Shown here: positions 1 to 8,361 of the stretch, one piece after another
How the letters are laid out: every line of letters begins with the position of its first letter
Numbering within the stretch: position 1 is the stretch's first letter
Assembly (NCBI GenBank): GCA_024277025.1
Contig: JAJRWA010000024.1
Span: forward strand, 1,040 to 65,039
Reading direction: 5' to 3'
DNA length: 64,000 nt
Source: Candidatus Krumholzibacteriota bacterium
Lineage (GTDB): Bacteria; Krumholzibacteriota; Krumholzibacteriia; LZORAL124-64-63
Translations under genes and position numbers: made by a program
Notes under the pieces: model-generated
Told to the model about the DNA's origin: nothing
Seen by the model: only the letters and a program-made list of their open reading frames with translations
The model's database searches: none

Positions 1-853
1 GGAAAGTCAGGCTGTGCTCGTCGACGTGCACCAACGGCAGACGCGGGTCACGCTTGCAGAGGCCGGCCATGCTCAGCAGTTCCTTGACCGGCACCGGATT
101 GGCTTCGATGAAACAGGCGCTGGTGATCGGGTCGAAGGCGCGGCTCATGGGCCAGGCCTGGTTGATGTCTCCGGCCGACCAGGCCCGCCAGAAGCGCGAC
201 ATGGCTCCGGGCAGCAGGTTGCTGACCACGCTGATGGCCCCGTGACCGCCCAGGCCGAAGATATTGAAATTCAGGCCGTCGTCACCCGAGAAGACTTTCA
301 GGTCACAGCGCGCGATGGCCTGCTCGATCTGGGCCAGATTGCCGCTGGCCTCCTTCAAGGCCACGATATTCGGCTCGGCCGACAATTGCGCGGCGGTTTC
401 GGGCAGGATGTTGACCGCCGTGCGCCCAGGCACGTTGTACAGCACGATGGGAATATCCACCTGGCGTGCGACCTGCCGGTAGTGGGCCAGGAGTCCCCGC
501 TGCTGGGGCTTGTTGTAGTAGGGCGAGATCAGCATGGCTGCATCGGCGCCCCACTCCTTGACCAGCCGGGTCTGCTCAATGGTGATGTCCGTCGCATTGG
601 ACCCCGAGCCGGCGACCACGGCGCAGCGGCCGCGGCACTGGTCCACCGCGGCCCGGATCAACCACTCGCGCTCGGCGGTGGTGAGGGTCGCCGCCTCGCC
701 GGTGCAGCCGACCGGGACGATCCCGGCCACACCGCCATCGATCTGACGCTGGATGAGCCGCTGCCAGGCCTTGCGGTCCACCTGGTCACCCGCGAAAGGC
801 GTCACCAGGGCCGTATAGATCCCGTCCGGCATTTCCCAGGTCTTGTTGCTCAT
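1..853 (-). CDS. dapA: 4-hydroxy-tetrahydrodipicolinate synthase (3' end runs off the window)
   Basis: Not in the ORF track because it has no stop in the window. Manual translation from ATG at 853 gives MSNKTWEMPDGIYTALVTPF...GIVPVGCTGEAATL...LISPYYNKP...VLYNVPGRT...ALKEASG...FSGDD, the DapA motifs. Directly downstream of dapF. Confidence 0.93.
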   Translation of the reverse strand, partial: MSNKTWEMPDGIYTALVTPFAGDQVDRKAWQRLIQRQIDGGVAGIVPVGCTGEAATLTTAEREWLIRAAVDQCRGRCAVVAGSGSNATDITIEQTRLVKEWGADAAMLISPYYNKPQQRGLLAHYRQVARQVDIPIVLYNVPGRTAVNILPETAAQLSAEPNIVALKEASGNLAQIEQAIARCDLKVFSGDDGLNFNIFGLGGHGAISVVSNLLPGAMSRFWRAWSAGDINQAWPMSRAFDPITSACFIEANPVPVKELLSMAGLCKRDPRLPLVHVDEHSLTF

Positions 854-888
854 CGCGCGAACTCCTTGCAAAGTTGTGTCGGTGGAAC

Positions 889-1716
889 TCAACAGCCGAG
901 GTCGAACCTGCCGCTGAAACTGGTCACCGCGGGGCCCCGCAACAGCAGGCCGCCGGTGCTCTGGTTGACGGTGATGCGCAGCAGATCGCCGCCGCGCGTG
1001 CGCAGCGCGACCGGACTTTCGGCCTGGCCCAGATGGCACAGTACCACCGCCGCCGCCGAGGCGCCAGTGCCGCAGGCGAGGGTCTCGTCCTCCACGCCGC
1101 GCTCATAGGTGCGCAGGCGGAATTCGCCGCTGCCAGGATCCCGCATGACCCAGTTGACGTTCGTGCCCGCCGGCGCAAATATCCGGTGGTGGCGGAAGGT
1201 GTTGCCCCATTGGCGGAGATCCAGATTCTCGGTGTCGCTGACCGGGATCACCAGGTGCGGAACGCCGGTGTTGCAGGTGCAGTGCTGTTCCCAGGGGCTC
1301 CCGGGCAGGTCCACGTCCAGTTCCAGGCCGGACCAGCCCGTCAGGCTCACCGTGATATCCGTCGGCCCATGGACCATTCCGCGCAGCACGCCGGCCCGCG
1401 TGTCGAAGGTGCACTCGGAACCGCACAGATTGCGCTCGAAGGCAAAGGCGACGCTGCAACGGGCGCCGTGGCCGCACATCTCGACCTCGCCGCCGTCCGC
1501 GTTGAAATAGGTCATGCGAAAGTCCGTGCCGGATGACTGGCCGGGGCCGATCACGATCAGCCCGTCGGCGCCGACGCCGAGTCTGCGGTCACAGATCCGG
1601 GTGACGGCTGCCGGCTCGAGGCGGCAGCCGTCGGGCAGGTCCGCGGCGTTCAGGAAAACAAAATCATTGCCGGCACCGTGCATCTTTACGAACGGGATCG
1701 AGTGCAGCCCGCTCAT
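889..1716 (-). CDS. dapF: diaminopimelate epimerase
   Basis: FVKMHGAGNDF, NADGGEVEMCGHG, NTGVPH, RTYERGVEDETLACGTG; both catalytic Cys present. Confidence 0.95.
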   Translation of the reverse strand: MSGLHSIPFVKMHGAGNDFVFLNAADLPDGCRLEPAAVTRICDRRLGVGADGLIVIGPGQSSGTDFRMTYFNADGGEVEMCGHGARCSVAFAFERNLCGSECTFDTRAGVLRGMVHGPTDITVSLTGWSGLELDVDLPGSPWEQHCTCNTGVPHLVIPVSDTENLDLRQWGNTFRHHRIFAPAGTNVNWVMRDPGSGEFRLRTYERGVEDETLACGTGASAAAVVLCHLGQAESPVALRTRGGDLLRITVNQSTGGLLLRGPAVTSFSGRFDLGC

Positions 1717-2939
1717 GGTCCTTCTCCTTCTGCTGGCGGCTCGGCCCCGGCGGCGGTCGAATCCGCAACGGCCGAGTCCCCGACCAGCGAATCAGCCAGG
1801 GCTGCGGCCAGGGAATCCCCGGGGGTCGGGGCCGGCGGGGTCCAGGGCGTCAGCGAGTAGGCCGTCCCCGGCAGTTCCACACTGGTGTCCAGGCCCGGCA
1901 GCACTTCCAAGCCCTCGGTCATCAACCACGGCTCCAGGAAGTGGGTGGCCACGCTGTCACCGGCGGCGGAATCCGGCCAGGCCAGGCTGCGGCCCAGCAG
2001 AGAGTCCGCAACCCCGCTGAAAGTCGAATCCCCGTCCACGTCCACAAAAACAAACAGACGGTTGGCACCGGGCGCCACCTCGCTGATCGGCGAGCCGCCG
2101 GCGGGGTCTAGGACGGCGAAGTTCCCGGTGCTCACCGGTGCCGGCACCCAGCCGGTGTCATTCTCAGTGATACGCGCCGTCCAGGCCATCGTCAGGCCGG
2201 GGAAATCCGCTGCGGCGAACGGTCCCACCAGCAGACGGCCGGGTGTGTTGGGCGGGTACAGGGTGACCACACCGGCGGCCAGCTGCGGGTTGTTGTCCGC
2301 CAGGCTCAGGGTATCGGGGAGCAGCCGCTGGGCCTCCTTTTCGCCCGGCCGCAGGTCGCCGTTGCCATCGGCGAAGCCGCGCAGCAGCCACGGTCCGCCG
2401 GGCACCGGCAACCAGTCGAAAACATAGGTGCCCGTCTGGTCGGTCACCGTGCGCCGCAAGAGAGGCTGTTCGAAATATTCAAGGGTGTCCGGCGGTACGG
2501 CGTAAAGTTCCACCACACCGTTGGTCACGGCGCTGTCCGCCATGACCAGCACGCCGGTGATGCGCCCGGTCGGAATGCTGTCGCCGGTGGCGATGGGAAA
2601 ACGCCGGCTGCGCCGGTTGCTGACCTTGTGCGCGTCCTTCATGCCAGCCGCAATCTCCACCACAATCACGGTGTCGGGCGGCAACGGTTGCTCCAGGACG
2701 ATGTCCGCCCGGATAGCGCCGTGCCAGCGCGTGTCGCGGATGCGCTGGTCGGGGAAGAAATGCAGCCAGGTCACCGCCGGCTTCCGCTCCATCTTCTCGG
2801 AAAAGGTCAGGTTCAGCTCGATGACTTCCCCGAGGCCGGTGCTGGCCGAGTCCGGGATCATGAACACCAGGTGCGGACGGACGGTGTCGAGCGGGCCGCC
2901 CGGCGGCGGCTCGACCACCGCGCAAGCCACCAGGATCAA
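1713..2939 (-). CDS. Ig-like (Big_5-type) domain lipoprotein
   Basis: Lipobox LILVAC followed by PPPGGPLDTVRP, typical of FCB-group Ig-like lipoproteins. The frame stays open upstream (IARRALGLLLAVGLA), so the true start is probably further upstream; an in-frame CTG lies at 3029. Confidence 0.7.
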   Translation of the reverse strand: MILVACAVVEPPPGGPLDTVRPHLVFMIPDSASTGLGEVIELNLTFSEKMERKPAVTWLHFFPDQRIRDTRWHGAIRADIVLEQPLPPDTVIVVEIAAGMKDAHKVSNRRSRRFPIATGDSIPTGRITGVLVMADSAVTNGVVELYAVPPDTLEYFEQPLLRRTVTDQTGTYVFDWLPVPGGPWLLRGFADGNGDLRPGEKEAQRLLPDTLSLADNNPQLAAGVVTLYPPNTPGRLLVGPFAAADFPGLTMAWTARITENDTGWVPAPVSTGNFAVLDPAGGSPISEVAPGANRLFVFVDVDGDSTFSGVADSLLGRSLAWPDSAAGDSVATHFLEPWLMTEGLEVLPGLDTSVELPGTAYSLTPWTPPAPTPGDSLAAALADSLVGDSAVADSTAAGAEPPAEGEGP

Positions 2940-3041
2940 CGCGAGGCCAACGGCCAGCAGCAGACCCAGGGCCCGGCGCGCGATGGCGCCGGTCCCCGGC
3001 TCGACTGGGCTGCCTTTGCTTCCCTTCAGGCGAACGGCTCC

Positions 3042-3971
3042 CTACTTGATCAGTGTGGCCAGGATGGCGCGCTGGGCGTGCATCCTGTTCTCGGCCTCAT
3101 CAAAGACCACCGAGTGCGGCCCGTCCATGACTTCGTCCGTTATCTCCTCGCCGCGGTGGGCGGGCAGGCAGTGCAGCACGATGTGCCCGGCGTCCGCGGC
3201 ACTCAGCAGGTCCGCCGTGATCTGGAAGGGAGCGAAGTCCCGGCGCCGCTTGACCGCCTCGGCCTCCTGGCCCATGCTGTAGAAGGCGTCGCTGTAGATG
3301 ACGTGGGCACCTTCGACGGCTTCGCGCGGGTAGTGGGTGATCATGAACGACGCACCGGCCGCCTCGGCCCTGCGCACGACCGCTTCGTCGGGCGTGTACT
3401 CCTCGGGACAGGCCAGAATGAAGTTGAACGGGAAGCGGATCGCCGCGTTCAGCCAGCTGTGCGCCAGATTGTTGCCGTCGCCGACCATGACCACCGTCTT
3501 GCCGTCGATGGACCCCAGGTGTTCTTCGATCGTCATGATGTCGGCCATCACCTGGCAGGGATGGTTCAGGTCGGTCAGGCCGTTGACCACCGGCACGGTC
3601 GCGTGTTTGGCCAGGTCCACCACTTCCTGATGATCGAACCAGCGGATCATGATGCCGTCCACGAAACGGCTCAGCACCTGCGCCACGTCGTACACCGACT
3701 CGCGCGTGCCCATGCCGATTTCCTTGTCCGTGATGAACAGCGTGTTGCCGCCCAGTTGCTGAAAGCCGACCTCGAAGCTGATGCGTGTGCGCAGGCTGGG
3801 CTTGGCAAACACACAGGCCAGAGTCCGATTGGGATGGCTGTGCGGCAGCTTGTGCGCCCGGGCCAGGGGCTTCTGCTCACGGGCCAGGCTCAGGATCGCG
3901 CGCAGATCCTCGAGGCTGTAGTCATCGATGGCCACAAAATCCTTGTGGGCGGACAGGCTTTTCTCAGACAC
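3042..3971 (-). CDS. argF: ornithine carbamoyltransferase
   Basis: FAKPSLRT, HPCQ, DAFYSMG, HCLPAHRGEE, EAENR. GTG at 3971 with GGAGG upstream. Confidence 0.93.
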   Translation of the reverse strand: MSEKSLSAHKDFVAIDDYSLEDLRAILSLAREQKPLARAHKLPHSHPNRTLACVFAKPSLRTRISFEVGFQQLGGNTLFITDKEIGMGTRESVYDVAQVLSRFVDGIMIRWFDHQEVVDLAKHATVPVVNGLTDLNHPCQVMADIMTIEEHLGSIDGKTVVMVGDGNNLAHSWLNAAIRFPFNFILACPEEYTPDEAVVRRAEAAGASFMITHYPREAVEGAHVIYSDAFYSMGQEAEAVKRRRDFAPFQITADLLSAADAGHIVLHCLPAHRGEEITDEVMDGPHSVVFDEAENRMHAQRAILATLIK

Positions 3972-4060
3972 GATGGGTCCTCCGGTCTTGGGGTCTTGCC
4001 GACGAATTCGATTCCCCGCCAAGGTAAAGCATGACGGGCGCTTTTCCACCTCGAAATACC

Positions 4061-5419
4061 CTACAGAATGTAGCGCGACAGGTCCTCGTCCCGGATGATT
4101 GCGGCCAGTCGCTCGGTCACGAATGCCTTGTCGACGGTGAACTGGTGCCGCGTGACATCCGGTACCTCGAACATCAGGTCGTCCAGCAACTGGGCCATGA
4201 TCGTCTGGAGTCGCCGGGCCCCGATATTCTCCATGCGCTTGTTCAGTTCCGCGGCCAGCCGGGCCAACTCGACCATGGCGTCGTCCGTGAAGGTGATCTC
4301 GCAGTTGTCCACGCCCAGCAGGGCGATGTACTGCCGGATCAGGCTGCCTTCGGTGTCGCGCAGAATGCGGACGAAATCCTCTTCGGTCAGACTCTGCAGT
4401 TCGACCCGGATCGGGAAGCGGCCCTGCAACTCGGGAATCAGGTCGCTGGGCTTGCTCATGTGGAAGGCGCCCGCGGCCAGGAACAGGATGTGGTCGGTCT
4501 TGACCGGGCCGTACTTGGTGCTGACCCCGGCCCCTTCCACGATGGGCAGCAGGTCCCGTTGCACACCCTCGCGACTGACATCCGGCCCGCTGCCGCCGCC
4601 GCGTCCGCCGGCGATCTTGTCGATCTCGTCCAGGAAAATGATGCCGCCGTTCTCCACCAGCTCGATCGCCTCGGTCACGATCTGATCCATGTCCAGGCGC
4701 TTGTCGGCCTCCTGCTCGCGCAGATGGCGCCGGGCCTTGGCCACCGACATCTTCTTCTCGGTGGTCTGCTTTGGGAACATGTTCTTCAGGCTCTCGCCGA
4801 AGCTGGCGTCGAATTCCTCCCCCGCCGAGGTGAAGATGTTGGCGATCGGGACCTTGGACTGCTCGGTGGTCACGGTGACTTCCTTGTCGTCGAGTACGCC
4901 TTCGGTCAGCTGCTTGCGGATCTTGTCGCGGCTGCGCTCCCAGCGGGCGCGGCGATCGGGGTCCTCCTGCAGTCCGCTCAGGGGCGGGAAAAGGGTGTCG
5001 ACAAGCCGGTCTTCCACGGCGTTGTCGATCTCGGCCGTGAAACGGGCCTCGGCGCGTCGGCGCACCAGCGAGATGGCATTCTCCACCAGATCGCGCACCA
5101 TGGAATCCACGTCGCGCCCCACGTAGCCCTTCTCGGTGAACTTGGTGGCCTCGACCTTGAGAAAAGGCAGGTCCGCGATCTGCGACAGGCGCCGGGCGAT
5201 CTCGGTCTTGCCCACGCCCGTGGGCCCGATCAGGATGATGTTGTTGGGCACGACCTCGCGGCGCAGCTCATCCGGCAGCTGCATGCGCCGCCAGCGATTG
5301 CGCAGGGCGATGGCCACGGCCTTCTTGGCGTCGCCCTGCCCGATGATGTAGCGGTCGAGCATGGCGACGATCTCGCCGCAGGTCCACATGGTGGCGCTTT
5401 CAATCTGTTTGATCTTCAC
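4061..5419 (-). CDS. hslU: ATP-dependent protease ATPase subunit HslU
   Basis: [39 protein letters not shown]-terminal DEDLSRYIL. Confidence 0.97.
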   Translation of the reverse strand: MKIKQIESATMWTCGEIVAMLDRYIIGQGDAKKAVAIALRNRWRRMQLPDELRREVVPNNIILIGPTGVGKTEIARRLSQIADLPFLKVEATKFTEKGYVGRDVDSMVRDLVENAISLVRRRAEARFTAEIDNAVEDRLVDTLFPPLSGLQEDPDRRARWERSRDKIRKQLTEGVLDDKEVTVTTEQSKVPIANIFTSAGEEFDASFGESLKNMFPKQTTEKKMSVAKARRHLREQEADKRLDMDQIVTEAIELVENGGIIFLDEIDKIAGGRGGGSGPDVSREGVQRDLLPIVEGAGVSTKYGPVKTDHILFLAAGAFHMSKPSDLIPELQGRFPIRVELQSLTEEDFVRILRDTEGSLIRQYIALLGVDNCEITFTDDAMVELARLAAELNKRMENIGARRLQTIMAQLLDDLMFEVPDVTRHQFTVDKAFVTERLAAIIRDEDLSRYIL

Positions 5420-5969
5420 GGTCGTTTCCTTCCCCGGCGCCCAGTTCCAGCACGGTGATGTGGGTGTTGGTGTAGATGCAGATCTCGCCGGCGAGCAGCA
5501 GGCTCTTGCGGCAGATTTCGGACGCCGGCAATTCCGTGTTCTGCAGCAGGGCGCGGCCCGCCGCCAGGGCGTACGGTCCGCCCGACCCGATGGCCGTCAC
5601 GTTGTCGTCGCTCTCGATGATGTCGCCGTTGCCCGAGACGACAAAGATGTTGTCCTTGTCCATGACCACCATCATCGCTTCCAGTTTGCGCAGGATGCGG
5701 TCACTGCGCCACTCGCGCGCCATCTCGACGGTCGCCCGCTTCAGATGTCCGCGATAGCGTTCGAGGTGCCCCTCGAACTTCTCGAAGAGACTGAAGGCAT
5801 CGGCCGCGCCGCCGGCGAAGCCGGCCAGGACCTTGCCGCCGAACAGTTCGCGCACCTTGACGGCGCCGTGCTTGACCGCGGTGTTGCCCAAAGTGACCTG
5901 GCCGTCGCTGCCGATGGCTCCCTGGCCATCCCGCAGCACCGCCAGTACTGTTGTCGCTCGCAATTTCAT
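5400..5969 (-). CDS. hslV: ATP-dependent protease peptidase subunit HslV
   Basis: ATTVLAV N-terminal Thr nucleophile, [28 protein letters not shown]. Confidence 0.97.
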   Translation of the reverse strand: MKLRATTVLAVLRDGQGAIGSDGQVTLGNTAVKHGAVKVRELFGGKVLAGFAGGAADAFSLFEKFEGHLERYRGHLKRATVEMAREWRSDRILRKLEAMMVVMDKDNIFVVSGNGDIIESDDNVTAIGSGGPYALAAGRALLQNTELPASEICRKSLLLAGEICIYTNTHITVLELGAGEGNDREDQTD

Positions 5970-5984
5970 GGGATTCTCCGGCTT

Positions 5985-6968
5985 CTAGTCAGACTTTCCA
6001 GTGCCGCCCGCCCGGGGATGAGCCGCGTCGAAAACCGCGCGCAACCGGCCCCGGCCGAGATGGGTATAGATCTGCGTTGTCGAAAGGTTGCGGTGGCCCA
6101 GGAGCTCCTGCACCACCCGGATGCCCGCCCCGCCATCCAGCAGGTGGGTGGCGAAACTGTGCCGCAGCGTATGGGGAGATACGCCGGCGGCGCCGGCCAG
6201 TTCCCCGGCGTAGTGGCTGACTCGCGCCTGTACCGTCCGCCGGGCGATGCGCCGCCCCGGGCGTCCCTCGAAGACCGGCCGTTCGCGCGCCTCACCGCGC
6301 AGGGTTCCGTCCAGAGTGTCCTGCCACACGGCAGGCTCCAGGCGGCCGGCCAGATACTCGGATAGCGCCTGGGCGGCACAGCCACCCAGTGGCAGGACGC
6401 GCTCCCGGGCCCCCTTGCCCAGGACCTTGGTCCGGCCTGCGGCGAAATCCAGATCCCCGAGATCCAGACCGACCAGTTCGGCCAGCCGCAGGCCGAGGCC
6501 GTAGATCATCTCGAACATGGCCCGGTCCCGCCGCCCGCGTTCAGTGCCCGGGTCGGGCGCTTCAATGAGCTGGGTCGTCAGTGCGAGGTTCAGGTCGTGG
6601 GGCAGCCGCCGCTCCCGTCCACCGCGGCCGCTGCGCAGATTCCCCGGCACCTTCTGCACCACGCCGGCCAACTGCAGGTAGCCATAGAAACTGCGGATAC
6701 CGGCCAGATGGCGGTCGACCGTGGTCAAGCGCCGCTCCTCGCGCCGCAACTGCGCCAGATGGGCCCGGATCAGCCCACGCTGGTCTGCCAGGCGGGGCCA
6801 CTGCGGCCGGTCCGGCGGGTCGTTGACGACACCGAGGGCGCAGGCAGTCTGCAGAAAAAGGCGCACGTCCCGGCCGTAGGCCTCCACCGTGCGGGGACTC
6901 ATACCCCGCTCGTGGCGCAGATATTCCAGGTAGGGTTCCAGGTAATCCGGGGACCGGCTCTCCTGCAT
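5985..6968 (-). CDS. xerC: tyrosine recombinase XerC
   Basis: RDRAMFEMIYGLGLR, LGKGARER, SPHTLRHSFATHLL, LGHRNLSTTQIYTH. Conserved topA-trmFO-xerC-hslV-hslU context. Start set at MQESRSPDY. Confidence 0.88.
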   Translation of the reverse strand: MQESRSPDYLEPYLEYLRHERGMSPRTVEAYGRDVRLFLQTACALGVVNDPPDRPQWPRLADQRGLIRAHLAQLRREERRLTTVDRHLAGIRSFYGYLQLAGVVQKVPGNLRSGRGGRERRLPHDLNLALTTQLIEAPDPGTERGRRDRAMFEMIYGLGLRLAELVGLDLGDLDFAAGRTKVLGKGARERVLPLGGCAAQALSEYLAGRLEPAVWQDTLDGTLRGEARERPVFEGRPGRRIARRTVQARVSHYAGELAGAAGVSPHTLRHSFATHLLDGGAGIRVVQELLGHRNLSTTQIYTHLGRGRLRAVFDAAHPRAGGTGKSD

Positions 6969-7002
6969 GGCGGCACACATCCTTGTTGGCCCGAAGTTAC
7001 CA

Positions 7003-8361
7003 TCAGCCCCGGCCGGCGGCAAGCAGGTCCGACACCGGCGCGCTCGCCAGCCAGCGCCGCAGGTGCGCCGTCGCCCGCGCGGACTTGGCCAGTTTGCGCT
7101 CCCGTTTGCCACGGACACGCTCCGCCAGATCCGGCAGGATGCCGAAATTGGCATTCATCGGGATGAGGCGTTCGGTGGTCGTGTCGAAGAGGAAGTCCCG
7201 CAGGAGGGCGCCGAGCATGGACTCCGGCGGCAGCCCGGGCAACTCCCGGGACCTGATGCGCGCCGCCACCCGCCAGGCCGTATAGAGGCCCGAAGCGATG
7301 GACTCGACGTATCCTTCGACCCCGGTGATCTGGCCCGCCACAAACACATCGTCCCGTCCGGCGAGGCTGAAGTCGCGCCGGCAGCAGCGCGGCGTGTCGA
7401 GGTAGAAATTTCGGTGCAGCTGGCCGTAACGGACGAATTCGGCGCCGGCCAGGCCGGGTATCGCCGAGAAGATTCGTTTCTGCTCGCCGAATTTGAGGCG
7501 GGTCTGAAAGCCCACCAGCCCGAACAGGGTGCCCTCCATATTCTCCTGACGCAATTGGACGACGGCGTGGGGCCGGCGGCCTGTGCGCGGGTCTGCCAGC
7601 CCGACGGGTCGCAAGGGTCCGAAGGCCATGCTCTGCGGACCTGAGGCCGCGATCTCCTCGATCGGCTGACAGCCGTCAAAGAGGTTTGCCCGGTCGAAGT
7701 CGTGCAGGTCGGCCTTCTCGGCAGTCACCAGCCCCTGGTGCAGAGCCTTGTACTGGGTTTCATCCAGGGCCGCATTGAGGTAGTCATCGTCACCGCGACC
7801 ATACCGTGCCGCGCGATAGAGAAAGGCCATGTCCAGGGATTCACGGGTGACTGTGGGCGCGATCGCGTCGAAAAAATGAAGACCGGGCCGCCCGGTGATT
7901 CCACCCAGGCTGCCGATCAGCCCAGCGGACGTCAGCGGCCCGGTGGCCACCAGCCACAGGTGCCCCTCTCGCCGGGGGAGTTCCCGGATTTCGGCGCGGC
8001 TCAGCCGCAGAGAAGGCGCTTCGGCCAGCGCCTGGTCCACCGCGGCGGAGAACAACGCCTTGTCGACAGCGAGTGCGCTGCCAGCCGGCACGGCGCAGGT
8101 GCGGGCCAGGGCCAGCAGGCGGCAGTCCAGCAGGTCCAGTTCGTCCTTCAGCAGGCCGGAAGCCGTCGCCGGGGCGGTGCTCTTGAGGGAATTGCTGCAG
8201 ACGAGCTGGGCCAGACCATCACCCTCGTGGGCGGGCGTCTCGACCCCGGGGCGCATCTCCACCAGTTCAACCTGCAGGCCGAGACGCGCCAACTGCAGAG
8301 CCGCCTCGCAGCCGGCCAGTCCGCCGCCGACCACCGTGACCCGAGTCACCGGTCCGCTCAC
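7003..8361 (-). CDS. trmFO: methylenetetrahydrofolate-tRNA-(uracil-5-)-methyltransferase
   Basis: VVGGGLAGCEAA, ELVEMRP, LVCSNSL, FFDAIAP, VGFQTRL, AGQITGVEGYVES. Confidence 0.96.
   Translation of the reverse strand: MSGPVTRVTVVGGGLAGCEAALQLARLGLQVELVEMRPGVETPAHEGDGLAQLVCSNSLKSTAPATASGLLKDELDLLDCRLLALARTCAVPAGSALAVDKALFSAAVDQALAEAPSLRLSRAEIRELPRREGHLWLVATGPLTSAGLIGSLGGITGRPGLHFFDAIAPTVTRESLDMAFLYRAARYGRGDDDYLNAALDETQYKALHQGLVTAEKADLHDFDRANLFDGCQPIEEIAASGPQSMAFGPLRPVGLADPRTGRRPHAVVQLRQENMEGTLFGLVGFQTRLKFGEQKRIFSAIPGLAGAEFVRYGQLHRNFYLDTPRCCRRDFSLAGRDDVFVAGQITGVEGYVESIASGLYTAWRVAARIRSRELPGLPPESMLGALLRDFLFDTTTERLIPMNANFGILPDLAERVRGKRERKLAKSARATAHLRRWLASAPVSDLLAAGRG

Noticed and set aside
3042-3971. 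ArgF as an acetyl- or succinyl-ornithine carbamoyltransferase because of SLRT
   Set aside because: The ornithine-binding DxxxSMG and HCLPAHRG motifs of ordinary OTCase are intact.
5985-6968. Tyrosine recombinase as the integrase of a mobile element
   Set aside because: Standard chromosomal topA-trmFO-xerC-hslVU context, with no att-like repeats, tRNA or compositional shift.
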